DNA of 63,152 bases, counting the filler, from Pseudovirgaria hyperparasitica (taxonomy: Eukaryota), in NCBI GenBank assembly GCA_010093815.1. It is 4 parts of 4 records of this genome, joined end to end, with 100 filler letters (N's around TTAATTAATTAA, not from the genome) between each part and the next. Parts side by side here need not be neighbours in the genome. Positions count along the whole stretch, not along the records: positions 27,794 to 54,248 come from ML996611.1; positions 54,349 to 59,725 come from ML996614.1; positions 59,826 to 63,152 come from ML996616.1; 1 more part is not named here. One strand, written 5' to 3'. Position numbers and translations under genes: made by a program. Every line of letters begins with the position of its first letter. The stretch's first letter is position 1. The notes under the pieces are model-generated. The model did no database searches and was not told the origin of the DNA. It saw nothing but the letters and a program-made list of their open reading frames with translations. Shown here piece after piece: positions 51,701 through 62,469 of this stretch.

Positions 51701-53561
51701 GCTTATGTTGACGGTGTAAGCTGCGGGTTTTTCAAGCTCGTTGATAATGCCACATAGTAGCATTGTCTTTCCCTTGCCAGGGTCACCCTTTATCCATAGT
51801 AGTGGACTCTGCAGATCGCTATGCCAGCGCCGGAAAGTCTCGTTGGAGAGGATCCAGCGATAAGCATCTTCGAGTAGTCCGCCCTTTGTATCCTGAATGC
51901 GTTTCTTGTCGTCGCGCGGATTCGTGCCACGGAGGTCTGAAATACACTGTGCTAGCTGACTGATTGCACGCTTGAGACGCTCAAATGCTCCCACAGCGCC
52001 TTCGCCGTAAAGAGGCGCTAGGTTAACATCAAAAATTCCTTGCAGCGAGTATGCCCCGTCTTCTTCTCGTGTCGTCTCGCGATCTCCTTTCCAGCGGAAC
52101 CGATCCTCGACGGTAAACTCAGAAAGAGGAACACCTTCGAGCGCCGCACTTGGGATGCCTGTAGCTCTGCGAATCTGTTCCTTGAGCGTCTCCTTGTCGC
52201 CTAGCTTGTGTTCTTCTTCTGAGAAGAACTCTACTTTGCTGGGCGCAAGAAGTTCTTGCAGTGTCCAGCCACGGGTGAACCACCGGCTTTTACGGAAGGC
52301 TGTCTCCCATGAGATCACATCTTGATCTCTCTTTGGCTTCACCGATACGTCTGACAAGTGGACGTAGCATCGAGCTGCATTGCGATACCAGCGGAACATA
52401 GACTGGATGGCCTGAGACTCTTCCGCTTTGTCCGACTTGTTGATGCAGCAGGTGTCGATCCAGAAGTGCCGCAATCCATCCGCAACAGCCTGCCGCTCGC
52501 AAAATCGTATCTTGCCATAGCCATGCTTTTGCTGCACCCGGCCCGTCTGTAGATCGTCAAAGCTGACCTCTTGACTATTATCTTCATGCCATGTATGTGA
52601 AAGTATCGCGTATGGAGGCAAGGGTTCGTTCGTAAAGGTCTGGACGATGAGGTTGCCGTGTGGATTGTGCGTTAGCAGGTGCATTGTAAGGGGCACACTA
52701 AGTTCGGCGGGTTCGTTGGACTAGGCGCACGTTCGCTGGGTCTTGTAGTCTCGGGGTAAATTAGTGTTCTTGCATGGATGTAACCATCGTGTATTACAAG
52801 CAGAGTGAAACGAATGCTGGGATTATGTTTCGATGAAGTAGCGTCCGCTGCATCAAGTGCACAAGGCTGCAGTTGCGTCGATCACGTGGATTTACATGAC
52901 GGCTTTGCTGTCGTTTGTCGACGCGCAGGGACAGCGTAGCCCATTGGCCTAGATGACAGGGCTATGCGGGCCTTCGAGGTGTCGCAAGCGAGTCACCCTT
53001 TAGCCAAGCTAGTAGACAAGGAAGGACGGTGCAAATTTATGGGGCAGGGCTCGCTAGAGTAAAGTCAGGCCTCATCAGGCGCTCGGGTTTTACGGGCTAC
53101 TGAAGGTACAGACGTTTTGGGCAAGCAAGACTTCAGCCACATCTAGCACTCTTTCGGCTTTTAGTACATGACCAGTGCTGACGATTTCTTGGCGCTGCTC
53201 GATGCTAAGTCTAAAAGCTGCTGTATCACGACACAAGACGCTGTTGTCTGCTTAAAAAGCTCGGGATATGGCCTTTATCTATTTGGCTACGACATGGTAG
53301 ATTTTCCAACGAAGTGCAAAGCTTGAAGCATGATAAATCGGTCGACGGGTGCAAGACTTTAATCAAGCGGTTTGCTGTATTTTTAGATATCAAGCCACGT
53401 AGATAATCACAACGCTCAAGATTAAGTAGAAATGTAGTATAGGGTGTGAAGCCTCTATCCCGAGAGCTTGCAAGGTCCCATACCACAGGACAATTTGTTA
53501 TGATTGAAAGTATTGAAGGCATCTCGGCCCACAGGGTTTCTCGCGACGTAGGGAGGGACGT
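48785..53561 (-). mobile_element. Putative non-autonomous TIR element carrying an HNWD NLR gene, copy 2 (inverted)
   Basis: Reverse complement of 28184-32960 (matching coordinates sum to 81745); only one difference noticed, near the terminus (48790); flanked by TA on both sides. Confidence 0.75.
49716..52684 (-). CDS. HET-NACHT-WD40 NLR, second copy
   Basis: Translations identical to the 29061-32029 gene; exons 52684-50441 and 50390-49716. Confidence 0.93.
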
Positions 53562-53951
53562 TAGCTAGTATTGGATTGTCGGAGACTAGCTGAAAGTCAA
53601 CGCCCTTAGGAGGGCGCAGGGAGTTTATGCAAAAATGATTTTTGGCACCACGCATAATCCTGTAGACTTTTCAAGCAAGGAGGAGGTGAGTACGATTACT
53701 TGGCACACTGCGACGTAGAGTCAGACGATAGAACCGCTGGAAAAGGCGGATGAGTCGAGGACGTATATAAATGAAGCACAAAGAACACATGATGAGAATC
53801 ACGATACCAAGCTCTTTCTAATATCTAGACTTATCTAGGCGGGACTGTCTACCAGTAGCTCTACAAACCATGCTGCCAGAATCAGAGGTGACAGACATGG
53901 TAAGCTAAAGATTGTGAAGAACGCTATGGAACTGATAACAGTGCAGCTCCA
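53562..53951 (-). repeat. Flank duplicated with the cassette (inverse of 27794-28183)
   Basis: Match continues to the left contig end; three substitutions noticed. Confidence 0.9.
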
Positions 53952-54248
53952 CAATGCATTCATTCGTATCAATCGCGATATTCAAGAGAGATGTCTTCCG
54001 GTTCGTACAACTTTGCAACACTTTACAGCCAACTTCGCGATGCCACGGGTGAACTAGCTGCGCTGGCCAGGAACAATGAGAGTTTGCTTATGGAGATAGA
54101 AACCCTCCATCTTACGATCGACCTGGACTATCTTGCACAGGCTTCTGAGACCCAATCGTCGCCTACATCAACTACGGGGTTGCAGGGGGTGGGACCTGAC
54201 CTCACTTTTGAAGCTCTCCTCATATCCGATAGTGTCTGCCCATGCCGT

Positions 54249-54348
54249 NNNNNNNNNNNNNNNNNNNNNNNNNNNNNNNNNNNNNNNNNNNNTTAATTAA
54301 TTAANNNNNNNNNNNNNNNNNNNNNNNNNNNNNNNNNNNNNNNNNNNN
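54249..54348. other. Artificial assembly spacer
   Basis: 100 nt, Ns plus TTAATTAATTAA. Confidence 0.98.
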
Positions 54349-54591
54349 AATCATGGCTCAGCAAAATCATGGCTCAGCAAAAGTTCCTCCTCTGACAGAC
54401 AGTCTTCTAGTAGATAGCGACATTAAGCCGGAATGCGAGTACACGTTAATGTAGCGTCACTACCATACTGCGCCGTACATGTGCAGGTGTTAAGACGGAC
54501 GACTTGGTTAACCTATAAAGCCTTCAGTCTACTGTACAGTACCCGCAGGTGTTATGTATACACCACCTGCTAAGCACTCATTACTTTCGAC

Positions 54592-54765
54592 ATGGCCGGA
54601 CTTGCTTGGACAGAGGAAGAAAATGCTTGGCTAATCACAATGTTAGAGAAGAATCCGAGCATAAGTTGGGGGGAGCTTGTAAAGTTGTATAACGAAAAGT
54701 TCTCGAACCGCCCTCGCAGCGAAGACGCGATTAGGAACAGATACTTCCGTCTTACAAAGAAATGA
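54592..54765 (+). CDS. 57-aa stand-alone Myb/SANT-like protein (below ORF-track cutoff)
   Basis: MAGLAWTEEENAWLITMLEKNPSISWGELVKLYNEKFSNRPRSEDAIRNRYFRLTKK*; has the WT.EE, W and RS..AI..RY Myb pattern. Confidence 0.75.
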   Translation: MAGLAWTEEENAWLITMLEKNPSISWGELVKLYNEKFSNRPRSEDAIRNRYFRLTKK

Positions 54766-55428
54766 GACAGCTGCCGCCTTGCCTGCAGAAGCAGTAAGTA
54801 AGCTATCGCCATATCTCTAGGTTATGAGCTACTTTAACAAAGCTAGAGACATATGCTGTCAATCAATCTCCGCTACAAGCTTTAGTTAGATGCACCCAAG
54901 GCACCATGGAACAATGTATGGGATGCTCAGTAGTAGATACATTGTAGAGAGACTGCGTCGGGATATAGGTGGCATTCTTAAGACATGTGTAATATCGGCT
55001 CTAGTGATCATCACGGTCGTCATGTTAAAATCAGTCGAAATACGAATGAAGAATAGTGTGATATTCAGCACCCCTATCGATAAGCCGATGGATGTCACAC
55101 TTCATTTCCTATTATGCGCATGATGTGATTGTTACGCGGAACACGCCTAGTCGAATGAGCGCGATAGCGCAAGAAATGCGAGTGAAGGTGTCAGGCTGTA
55201 ACTAGCGCCTCCTGGGTAATTAGCTCCCACGGCTCCTTTACATTTCTAGCTTCGCTTGACTTTACCCGCCATGGCGGCACCGTGGTAACAAGGACGGTGG
55301 AGGATCATCTAATTAGCCGTCTGTCTAAATCGCTGCCCTTGATATTCTGCTTTGTTCTTCTGCCCGCGTGGCGCTACCCTATGACCTGGTTTGAATATTA
55401 AGCCGCCTTACGCAGATTATTTTCTTTT

Positions 55429-55558
55429 AGACTCTTAAGGCATGAAACTATCTCAGGATCGATGGTGCCCCTAACTCTACTACTCCTGGACTGAGCTTGT
55501 AATAGCTCTCCTCGCCTACTTCGGGATATTTAGCCGCAAAAAAATTTAAAGACTGCGC
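55429..55558 (+). pseudogene. Diverged 5' fragment paralogous to the 56305 gene
   Basis: ATGAAAC.ATCTC.GG...TGGACTGAGCT...AAAGACTGCGC aligns with ~56292-56420. Confidence 0.65.
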
Positions 55559-56304
55559 GACGGGCTAAGATGGAAGGAGCCGCATAACGGGCGCTAGTCG
55601 TAGCCTTACGAGCTGTGACACGGTAATTAGTCTGCATTCACGAGCGGTTTCTCCGACAGTCCGGCTGCAATTTTAATGGCCATTCGCTCGTCTAATCTAT
55701 GCAAGAAAGAAGATATGTGGGGTATACCGCATCGTTCAAGTGTCGTGTAACGTTATCTCTGATGCATTAGCCCAGTACGGGACGGCTTTGAGGCACAGTC
55801 GCCATGCCTTTGTTGATTATTCTGGCGTTCCGTCAAGGATAGCCTCCCAGCAATGCCTAGGTGTGAAGAAGAGCCATTCATGTCTTACCCGGTTGTATTA
55901 GCGCTCCTAGTTTAGGCAGCCAAAGGAGGTGCGATAGACTGCGCCGTACCGGAGTAGACCGGGCTGACGAGAGAGTGCAGCCAAGGATTCTTTGTATCCC
56001 CACTTTCAAGGATCTGGCGAGATTCTCGGGCTGTTTTAGGTGTTGATGACCATGACTGACTGCAGACAATTTCCTCTAATAAGGCTTGCATCGAACGTGC
56101 GAACAAAGACTGGTAGACTTGAAATCGCCACTGCAGGCACTGCGCGCGAATGAAGTCTAGGCATGCAAGGCTGTACTTGGCTAGCGCTTAGTAGTTTGCC
56201 TCTCTACCTCTATAGAAGAGTCTTCTATTATAATATCTACATCGACTCTAGCAAGGCGATCGTTTCGATCTTTTCTCAACTCTCGATTACCAGACTCTTG
56301 AGAC

Positions 56305-56988
56305 ATGAAACGATCTCGGGCTCGACGATGTTCCCGAGCCTATCACCATTGGACTGAGCTGGAAATGGCTCTACTCGCTTTCTTCAAGATATTTGGTCGC
56401 AAAACATTCAAAGACTGCGCTACTACCCTCCAAAACGCCCTTAAGTATCAACAACGAAGGTCACTGGCATCTCTGCGCAGCCGTCTTGACATACTAAGAA
56501 AAAGACATCCGGGACTGTGGGAGCAGGGGTGGGACCTCAAGATGGGCCAATCCGTGATCAAGGAGTCGTTGTTGCAATACCATGATCAGGTTCTCTTCTC
56601 AAAGTACGTCGACGAATACATACAACAGCTATACCAGGAACAAAACGTAAAGAGGGCTAGAGAGCAAGAGAGCAGGGATCCCCCCCAGAGCTCTACAGAA
56701 TCGATATTAAATCTACATGATTTTGATCTTGCACAAGATACTGCCGGGTCGTGCGACTTTATGTCAGGCGCCAATGGATCTCCTTACCTGATAGAGTCAG
56801 AGCTACGAAGCCTGGACTATCAACCAGCGCAGTTGATCGATCATGAATACACCATTCAGAGCTGGGACTCGTTGCAGGACGTCTTATGGAGACCATATGA
56901 GCCTCATAGTAGTGACTGTGGTGGTGTCCCAAGTGTACCCACTGAGCAGGTAGCACGACTTGAGCTCCTCATGGTTCCAGCACTTTAG
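56305..56988 (+). CDS. Hypothetical protein with N-terminal Myb/HTH-like region
   Basis: 227-aa ORF; HWTELE...RSLASLRSRL pattern, acidic C-terminal half. Confidence 0.55.
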   Translation: MKRSRARRCSRAYHHWTELEMALLAFFKIFGRKTFKDCATTLQNALKYQQRRSLASLRSRLDILRKRHPGLWEQGWDLKMGQSVIKESLLQYHDQVLFSKYVDEYIQQLYQEQNVKRAREQESRDPPQSSTESILNLHDFDLAQDTAGSCDFMSGANGSPYLIESELRSLDYQPAQLIDHEYTIQSWDSLQDVLWRPYEPHSSDCGGVPSVPTEQVARLELLMVPAL

Positions 56989-57085
56989 TGCCCGATACGA
57001 TGGCCACACATCGCGTTTCGAGAACGAGTCGAGATTAAGAGATCAGAATGCGGCCATCCAGTTGTGAGTTGTCAAAACGGACTGA

Positions 57086-57672
57086 CTACCTAGTCATTCT
57101 CTCCGGGTGGGGTGCCGACGAACGTGTTATATGACCAGGTGTGAAATTGAATACCGGTCTGGACGAATCTCAAGCATGAATTTCATAGTTTAATAGGCAC
57201 ATCTCATTTCGTTAGCCGAACACGCAGTCCGAAATTTCACGTGTCTGAGTGTTAAGCAAAGCAAACGTTCCAGCTCCCCTGCAGACTTATGCTCTTATAA
57301 AGCGACGGCATGCATCCCAATTCCAAGCCCATGTTCTCCACCTCGCCAACCATGTCCAGATTCTCACTCTCGCTGTTAGCCAGCAAGTTGGCCAGCGCTT
57401 CGTCCTAAGGAGCGCGGAATGACACAGGGACACGACACAGTCCAGTTGCATATTTGTTTGACCAGTGTCTGGCGAAATGACATTATCATAGTGTTGTTTC
57501 TGGCACAGATACAGTTCCGTAAGATACTCAACCATCTACCAGAACGAGCCTCCATTCGGCAGAGAGGCGTCAACAGGCATACCTTCGTTGCTCAATTGGC
57601 TATATAACTGGCGAAACGTGAGTAAAGCGATGGGCGTGGATTGGGATGATTATGACGATCCTTCCCCCGATC
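57086..57672. repeat. Chimeric patch: inverted copy of ~21050-21545 fused to deleted copy of FTF-like exon (~43610-43897)
   Basis: Junction at ~57460; both parts high identity with internal deletions. Confidence 0.9.
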
Positions 57673-57706
57673 TGTTCGTGGAATGATCTGTATTGTACAT
57701 AGCCTA

Positions 57707-58063
57707 TCATCCCTCTGTCACAATCACATCATCGGCTACCCTATCTCTTCTCTGAACCAATTTCAACTTCTTAGAACGAGGGCAAGTCTCGAATAGTTTT
57801 GGCGTTACGCGAATCGGAATGGGGTAGTTCTGGTCCTGTTGGCCTTGTTAGTGCATCCTCCCAGATGATCAGTGCCTTCATCTTACTAGCACCTTTAGAT
57901 CTGTCAGCCAAGAAACACCTTCCTCGGAGTCACATATATAAATCCTTTGACCGCGCCTTATGACGATGAAGATATCTGCGCCATAATTCTTGAAAAGCAC
58001 GCCTTTCCGAAGAAAATTGTCTTTAGCCTTGCGGAACTTTTCTTTGACCAATTTTTGGCCCAT
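57707..58063 (-). CDS. Small SRF/MADS-box-like protein, 2 exons
   Basis: EKFRKAKDNFLRKG...YGADIFIVIRRGQRIY...W, GTAAGA..CTAAC..CAG intron, then DQNYPIPIRVTP. Confidence 0.65.
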
Positions 58064-58174
58064 GCTTACGAGTCAGGTAGGGCTATTTCGCATAAAGTAC
58101 CAAGTTGCGAAGTATACCCCAGGTAAAGAGCTCATACCAAGTGACTTACGGTAATGTATGCTCAGTCACTAAGG

Positions 58175-58285
58175 CTTTACTGAGCCGCAGACTTTACTGA
58201 GCCGTCACACCTTACTGCGCCGTCGCACTTTACTGAGCCACTACACTATTCAGCGCTAATATCGTTACGATTGAAACTGAGCCGT
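58175..58285 (-). promoter_or_regulatory. GGCTCAGTAA motif array upstream of MADS-like gene
   Basis: 4-5 TTACTG(A/C)GCC units; regulatory role inferred from position only. Confidence 0.45.
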
Positions 58286-59193
58286 GAGAGATTCTGTACT
58301 GGTGACTAGTCGCCAGCTGATCATGAAACCACACGGCTTCCACCTGCTCTTTCCAGCGAAGAATTTCAGAAGTTCCCACGTTGAAAGGGCGCAGGCCCAA
58401 CGCTCTGTGCCATTGACCTGTTAAACGTGGTAGGAGGCTCAGTAGGTTCTTGGCAGCGTCAATTCTGTAGCGGCTTAGTCGTTGGTAGCCAACCCAGCGG
58501 GGAGGAGATGGATTGCATACTTTAATTTATAAGCTTCACCCCTCAGGCATGTACAACCCACAGATCTAGTACCACACGTGAACCATACAATAGAGCTTGG
58601 AACGAACCGGCAGAGATACTAAGCTATGATGGCAGAGCGTATCGAGTTCGATTCAAGCAGAGAATACTGCGTGGCAAGGAGCTTAGTCGCGTTTCGCCCT
58701 TGATTCACCAGCTGCGTCTAAGAGATGGCTTCCCATGGAAGAAGCCAAGACATATAGAGATACAGAATAACCTATTGTATCGGGTTCGCTGGAAAGACCG
58801 AAGGATGGACCCAGGCAATCTGCACACGCAGGGGTACTTGCTGCACGACTTCTGGAGCGCCAAGCACGTCGAGGATCAGTTCCGTTATCAGCAAGGCATA
58901 CTACGCTCCAACGCGGCAGGACAGTCCCTTGAGACAGCACGATCGGAATGGGAAGTCGGATACATCTGACTGCTCTACATTGAGGTCGAATGTTCGTAAG
59001 CAGTCGCTAAGTCGAGAGGCAGATGACACCTTCATGTAAGAGATAGAGATAGTCATGCCAAGGAGGGAAGAGCTTCATTAATTTCCTGTGAAGGTTCTTA
59101 TCAGAAACCGTGTTACAGCAAGTCAAAACCCGTCATTTCTATTCCATGTGACTCTCAATAATGTCTGGGGAATCAGGGCCCAATGATGCAAAG

Positions 59194-59725
59194 CTAGCCC
59201 ACCTGCGTTATCCAAGTTACGATCGTGACCACAGGAGGCGGCGTAAAATCTGCTGTTAGGGTAACCACCAAGTCTACGACTCCACCATCTGGTGGGGACT
59301 CTTTCGACGGTGAAGGCTGCAGTGGCTCGCTGCCGGAGTTTACGTTTACAACGCCTGTTGGTTGATCAACCTGACTGATACTAGAAGGATTTGTCGACGG
59401 CGTCAGTTGTTTGCAGCCTGTTAGATCGATGTTCTGAATTCCCGTGCTTAGGGCCGAGATATGGTCCGGTAGACTTGCATTCTCTTCTCCAAAACTCCAC
59501 GCCATCGCGCCACCTAAGCATTTGTCTTTTACTATGCGATCTATCTTTAGCTGCACATACTTTATTGGGTCCCACGTCCAGAATAGAGCATCAGTCGGAT
59601 CAAAGTAGGTGTATCCACCAGCATGACTGTCGTCTATAGGATCCGCGAGCGCGGCTTTCCAGGATTTCCAGAGGTCAGGACCTTGGCAGCTGTCGGAGCC
59701 GCTATATGGAGGATTGCATCTACCA
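59194..59725 (-). CDS. GH18 chitinase, C-terminal part (5' end lost in gap)
   Basis: GGYTYFDPTDALFWTWDP...KIDRIVKDKCLGGAMAWSFGE followed by an S/P/T-rich tail. Confidence 0.8.
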
Positions 59726-59825
59726 NNNNNNNNNNNNNNNNNNNNNNNNNNNNNNNNNNNNNNNNNNNNTTAATTAATTAANNNNNNNNNNNNNNNNNNN
59801 NNNNNNNNNNNNNNNNNNNNNNNNN
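59726..59825. other. Artificial assembly spacer
   Basis: 100 nt, Ns plus TTAATTAATTAA. Confidence 0.98.
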
Positions 59826-60069
59826 AGTAGCCTTGCAATTGTAGCGAGCTTTGGTGGCTTTATCGTTGGTTGTAGTCTTCTTCGACCCGTTCCTGCGAAC
59901 GTTTTTTCTTCGTCGTACCTGACACATGTATCCGTTTGCTTCACATCTCGTGATGAGAGGTGAGCCCCTGAGAGTTAGCTAAATTTATGGTAACAATACT
60001 GACAGGACCTTTGTTACATCTTACCCTCGCAGTGGCACATTGTTGACAGGCTATGAGACTGTTGTCCAT
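59826..60069 (-). pseudogene. Degenerate Zn2Cys6-like N-terminus
   Basis: MDNSLIACQQCATARVRCNKGP, intron, then RCEANGYMCQVRRRK in a shifted frame; fourth Cys missing. Confidence 0.5.
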
Positions 60070-60577
60070 GACAGAATTAACGTACTGTCTTGGGTAGAGG
60101 TCGGACCTGGATTGAGCTTTGGCGATGCTTGCTTGCATCGAGAAAGATTCCCTGAAAGCAAGAAAACGGATGACCACGATAGCAACAACGTAAATCACCG
60201 ACGAGGATATATATTTTAGCATACTGGAGCGAGGTAGATAAAAGGCAACCGCGAGGCGAGCAAGTAGCGATAACTGACATCCCCCGCTCCAGCTTGCGGC
60301 ACACGCATCTCGGTCGAGCATGTCGAAGACTACTATCATCCATGAGCTGCGCAGAGCACGGGCGCATCGAAGACCACAGGACTGCGTCCTGCATTGATGC
60401 ATGACTGATTGGAGCGGTTTGCGCAGGTCGCTACTGTACCCTCTCCCCCCGGCTGATTTTTCATGTACCGCTACTAAAACCATCCACATTAGCAGATCAA
60501 TGCGTGCTGTGTCACTGAAGCGCATCGTGCCGAGATCCTATATTTCTAGTCATCGCGAACCATGGAAGGTATCGTAT

Positions 60578-61000
60578 GGACGATACCAAAGTCGCGCTGG
60601 GAAGGCTTCAAACAATCTTTATTGGCCATGTACTCGCCTGATCCTTAGGCACGTCAAGCCATTGAAATCCCCAGACGAGATCATGATGATACCCAGCTAG
60701 TTGGCTGGAATTCTAATTCGTTGTGCAGGGATGTGATTTCGAAGCAATCTAACGAGTCCAGCATGGATATTAGGTTGGGAGGCAGGTCTCGAGCGGGAGG
60801 ACTTACTTTTGATCCCGTAATTATACGACGATCAGAGTAGCCCGCTCGAGCAATGCATGAATGAAGCTACCAGTGCCGCTTTGTCGCACACCAGCCGCCA
60901 GTCTGCGAGTCTATCAAGGGTCAAGACTAATGGATGTACCGGCGAGATACTTGGGAAAGAAACAGTTAGATGCACTTACAGGGCAATCGGAGTGCTGGCC
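60578..61000 (-). repeat. Repeat family X, copy D
   Basis: Blocks matching ~3075-3410 and ~2784-2812 (inverted) and ~18786-19143 (direct). Confidence 0.85.
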
Positions 61001-61283
61001 CGGCAAGGAGTGAAGCCGCTCTTGGCAGTTACCCCGGGCTAGTGTGTCTGTACTAGTGCAGGATCATATCGCACTACATCATCCATATATAGCTTTGATA
61101 ATCCTTTTCGACCCTCATGTTGTAAAAAGGACAGGTATAGACTTTTACTAACTCATCGCCTAGCAAGAATCCGACCGACTAAGGAAAGTCGTTCCGTTCG
61201 CGATTGCTGGCGAGGCCACCTATTCTAGGCTTTAGTTAAGACATTCGAATTTGGAAGGCTTCATTTTAGGTGAACATTTAGCT

Positions 61284-62447
61284 CTGTAACCTCTCGAGAT
61301 AAAATTATATACTATATGTCCTTTCGTCTCTTCCAGTCTGTACTCTTAAGCTTCGTCTTCGCTATCAGATCCAGGAGAGACAATCTGGCGGCGCTGATTA
61401 ACTTTCAATTGGGGCAACGCCTCAACTGGCTCTAGCTCGTCTCCGTCATTATCCATTATAGACTCTATCTTATTAGATCCTAGGGCAAATAGCAACTTAA
61501 ACTCCTACCGAGTAGTTAGTATATTGCTTAAGTATAGAATAGAGATTCTAACGCATTCATGCTGTCCAATCCTAGATTTACAGGCGGTGAAAATATCAAC
61601 TCCTATATAAGTGGGTCCATGGAGGAGATAGACACACTCGTTTCTTAGAACGAGTTTATATTGCCGCTCTAGATTCCCTTCACCAACGTTGAAGATCTTT
61701 AGATTCTTGCTTGCAAGTGGTCCTTCATAGACCCTTTGAAAAAGGCCGTTTTCTGTTTTCTTTGAGAGGAATATGAGATCGCTAGAACTGTGCAGTTCCA
61801 CTAACGTAATCGGAGTACCACACCTCCTACAAAGGAGACGATAATCTAGACGGCGTTCCGGAACGAGTAGAGGTATAGCTTCCCGCTGTCTAGTAGGTTG
61901 TTTTCTGTCTGGAAGTGATGTGCGGAACTCCTCGCAATATTTCTCGAGATATGTCTCGAACGGCTCTGGACTTTCTTTATCTTGAAGGAGGGAAACTTGA
62001 GTCATTGTAAAAATATGTGGTTTGAAAATTTACGAACGGGACTAGAATGTAAACTGATAGGCAGGTATAATAGCGAGCAGCGATCATTTTAATGGCCGCC
62101 GCCCTCTGTCTCTCCTATGCCTGTCCGTCCGCTTATCGTTCTTTCATGAACTCCCGAGGTGGGGAAGGACCCCCCTAAGAGACGTCGGCGTGATGCGCAT
62201 CGACTAGACTTGCATCCTCACATGTTTCGAAGCGAACTGGATTGAGCCATCCCGCGGATGTACGAGGGCAGTACCGTCTGCTACCAAGACCACCATGCAT
62301 AATAATAAAGCAGCATTCGACGCTCAGGTTATTCACGCAGAGTAATCGATCTGAATCCTTACATGTATGGCTTCTTCTCAACCTGACCACGCCATCGGAG
62401 GATTGCAGTCCATATATTTCGATCGCCAAGTACAGATTAGTTTATCA
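61284..62447 (+). repeat. Direct repeat, copy 2
   Basis: Matches 1-1220. Confidence 0.95.
61346..62005 (-). CDS. Second copy of the two-exon CxxC hypothetical gene
   Basis: Same structure as 63-722, offset 61283. Confidence 0.55.
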
Positions 62448-62469
62448 ATCTGCACACGTTGACGAGCAT

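Noticed and set aside
58626..58969. Chromodomain-like ORF (EYCV...LYRVRWKD)
   Set aside because: Motif pieces are in different frames and too short to support.
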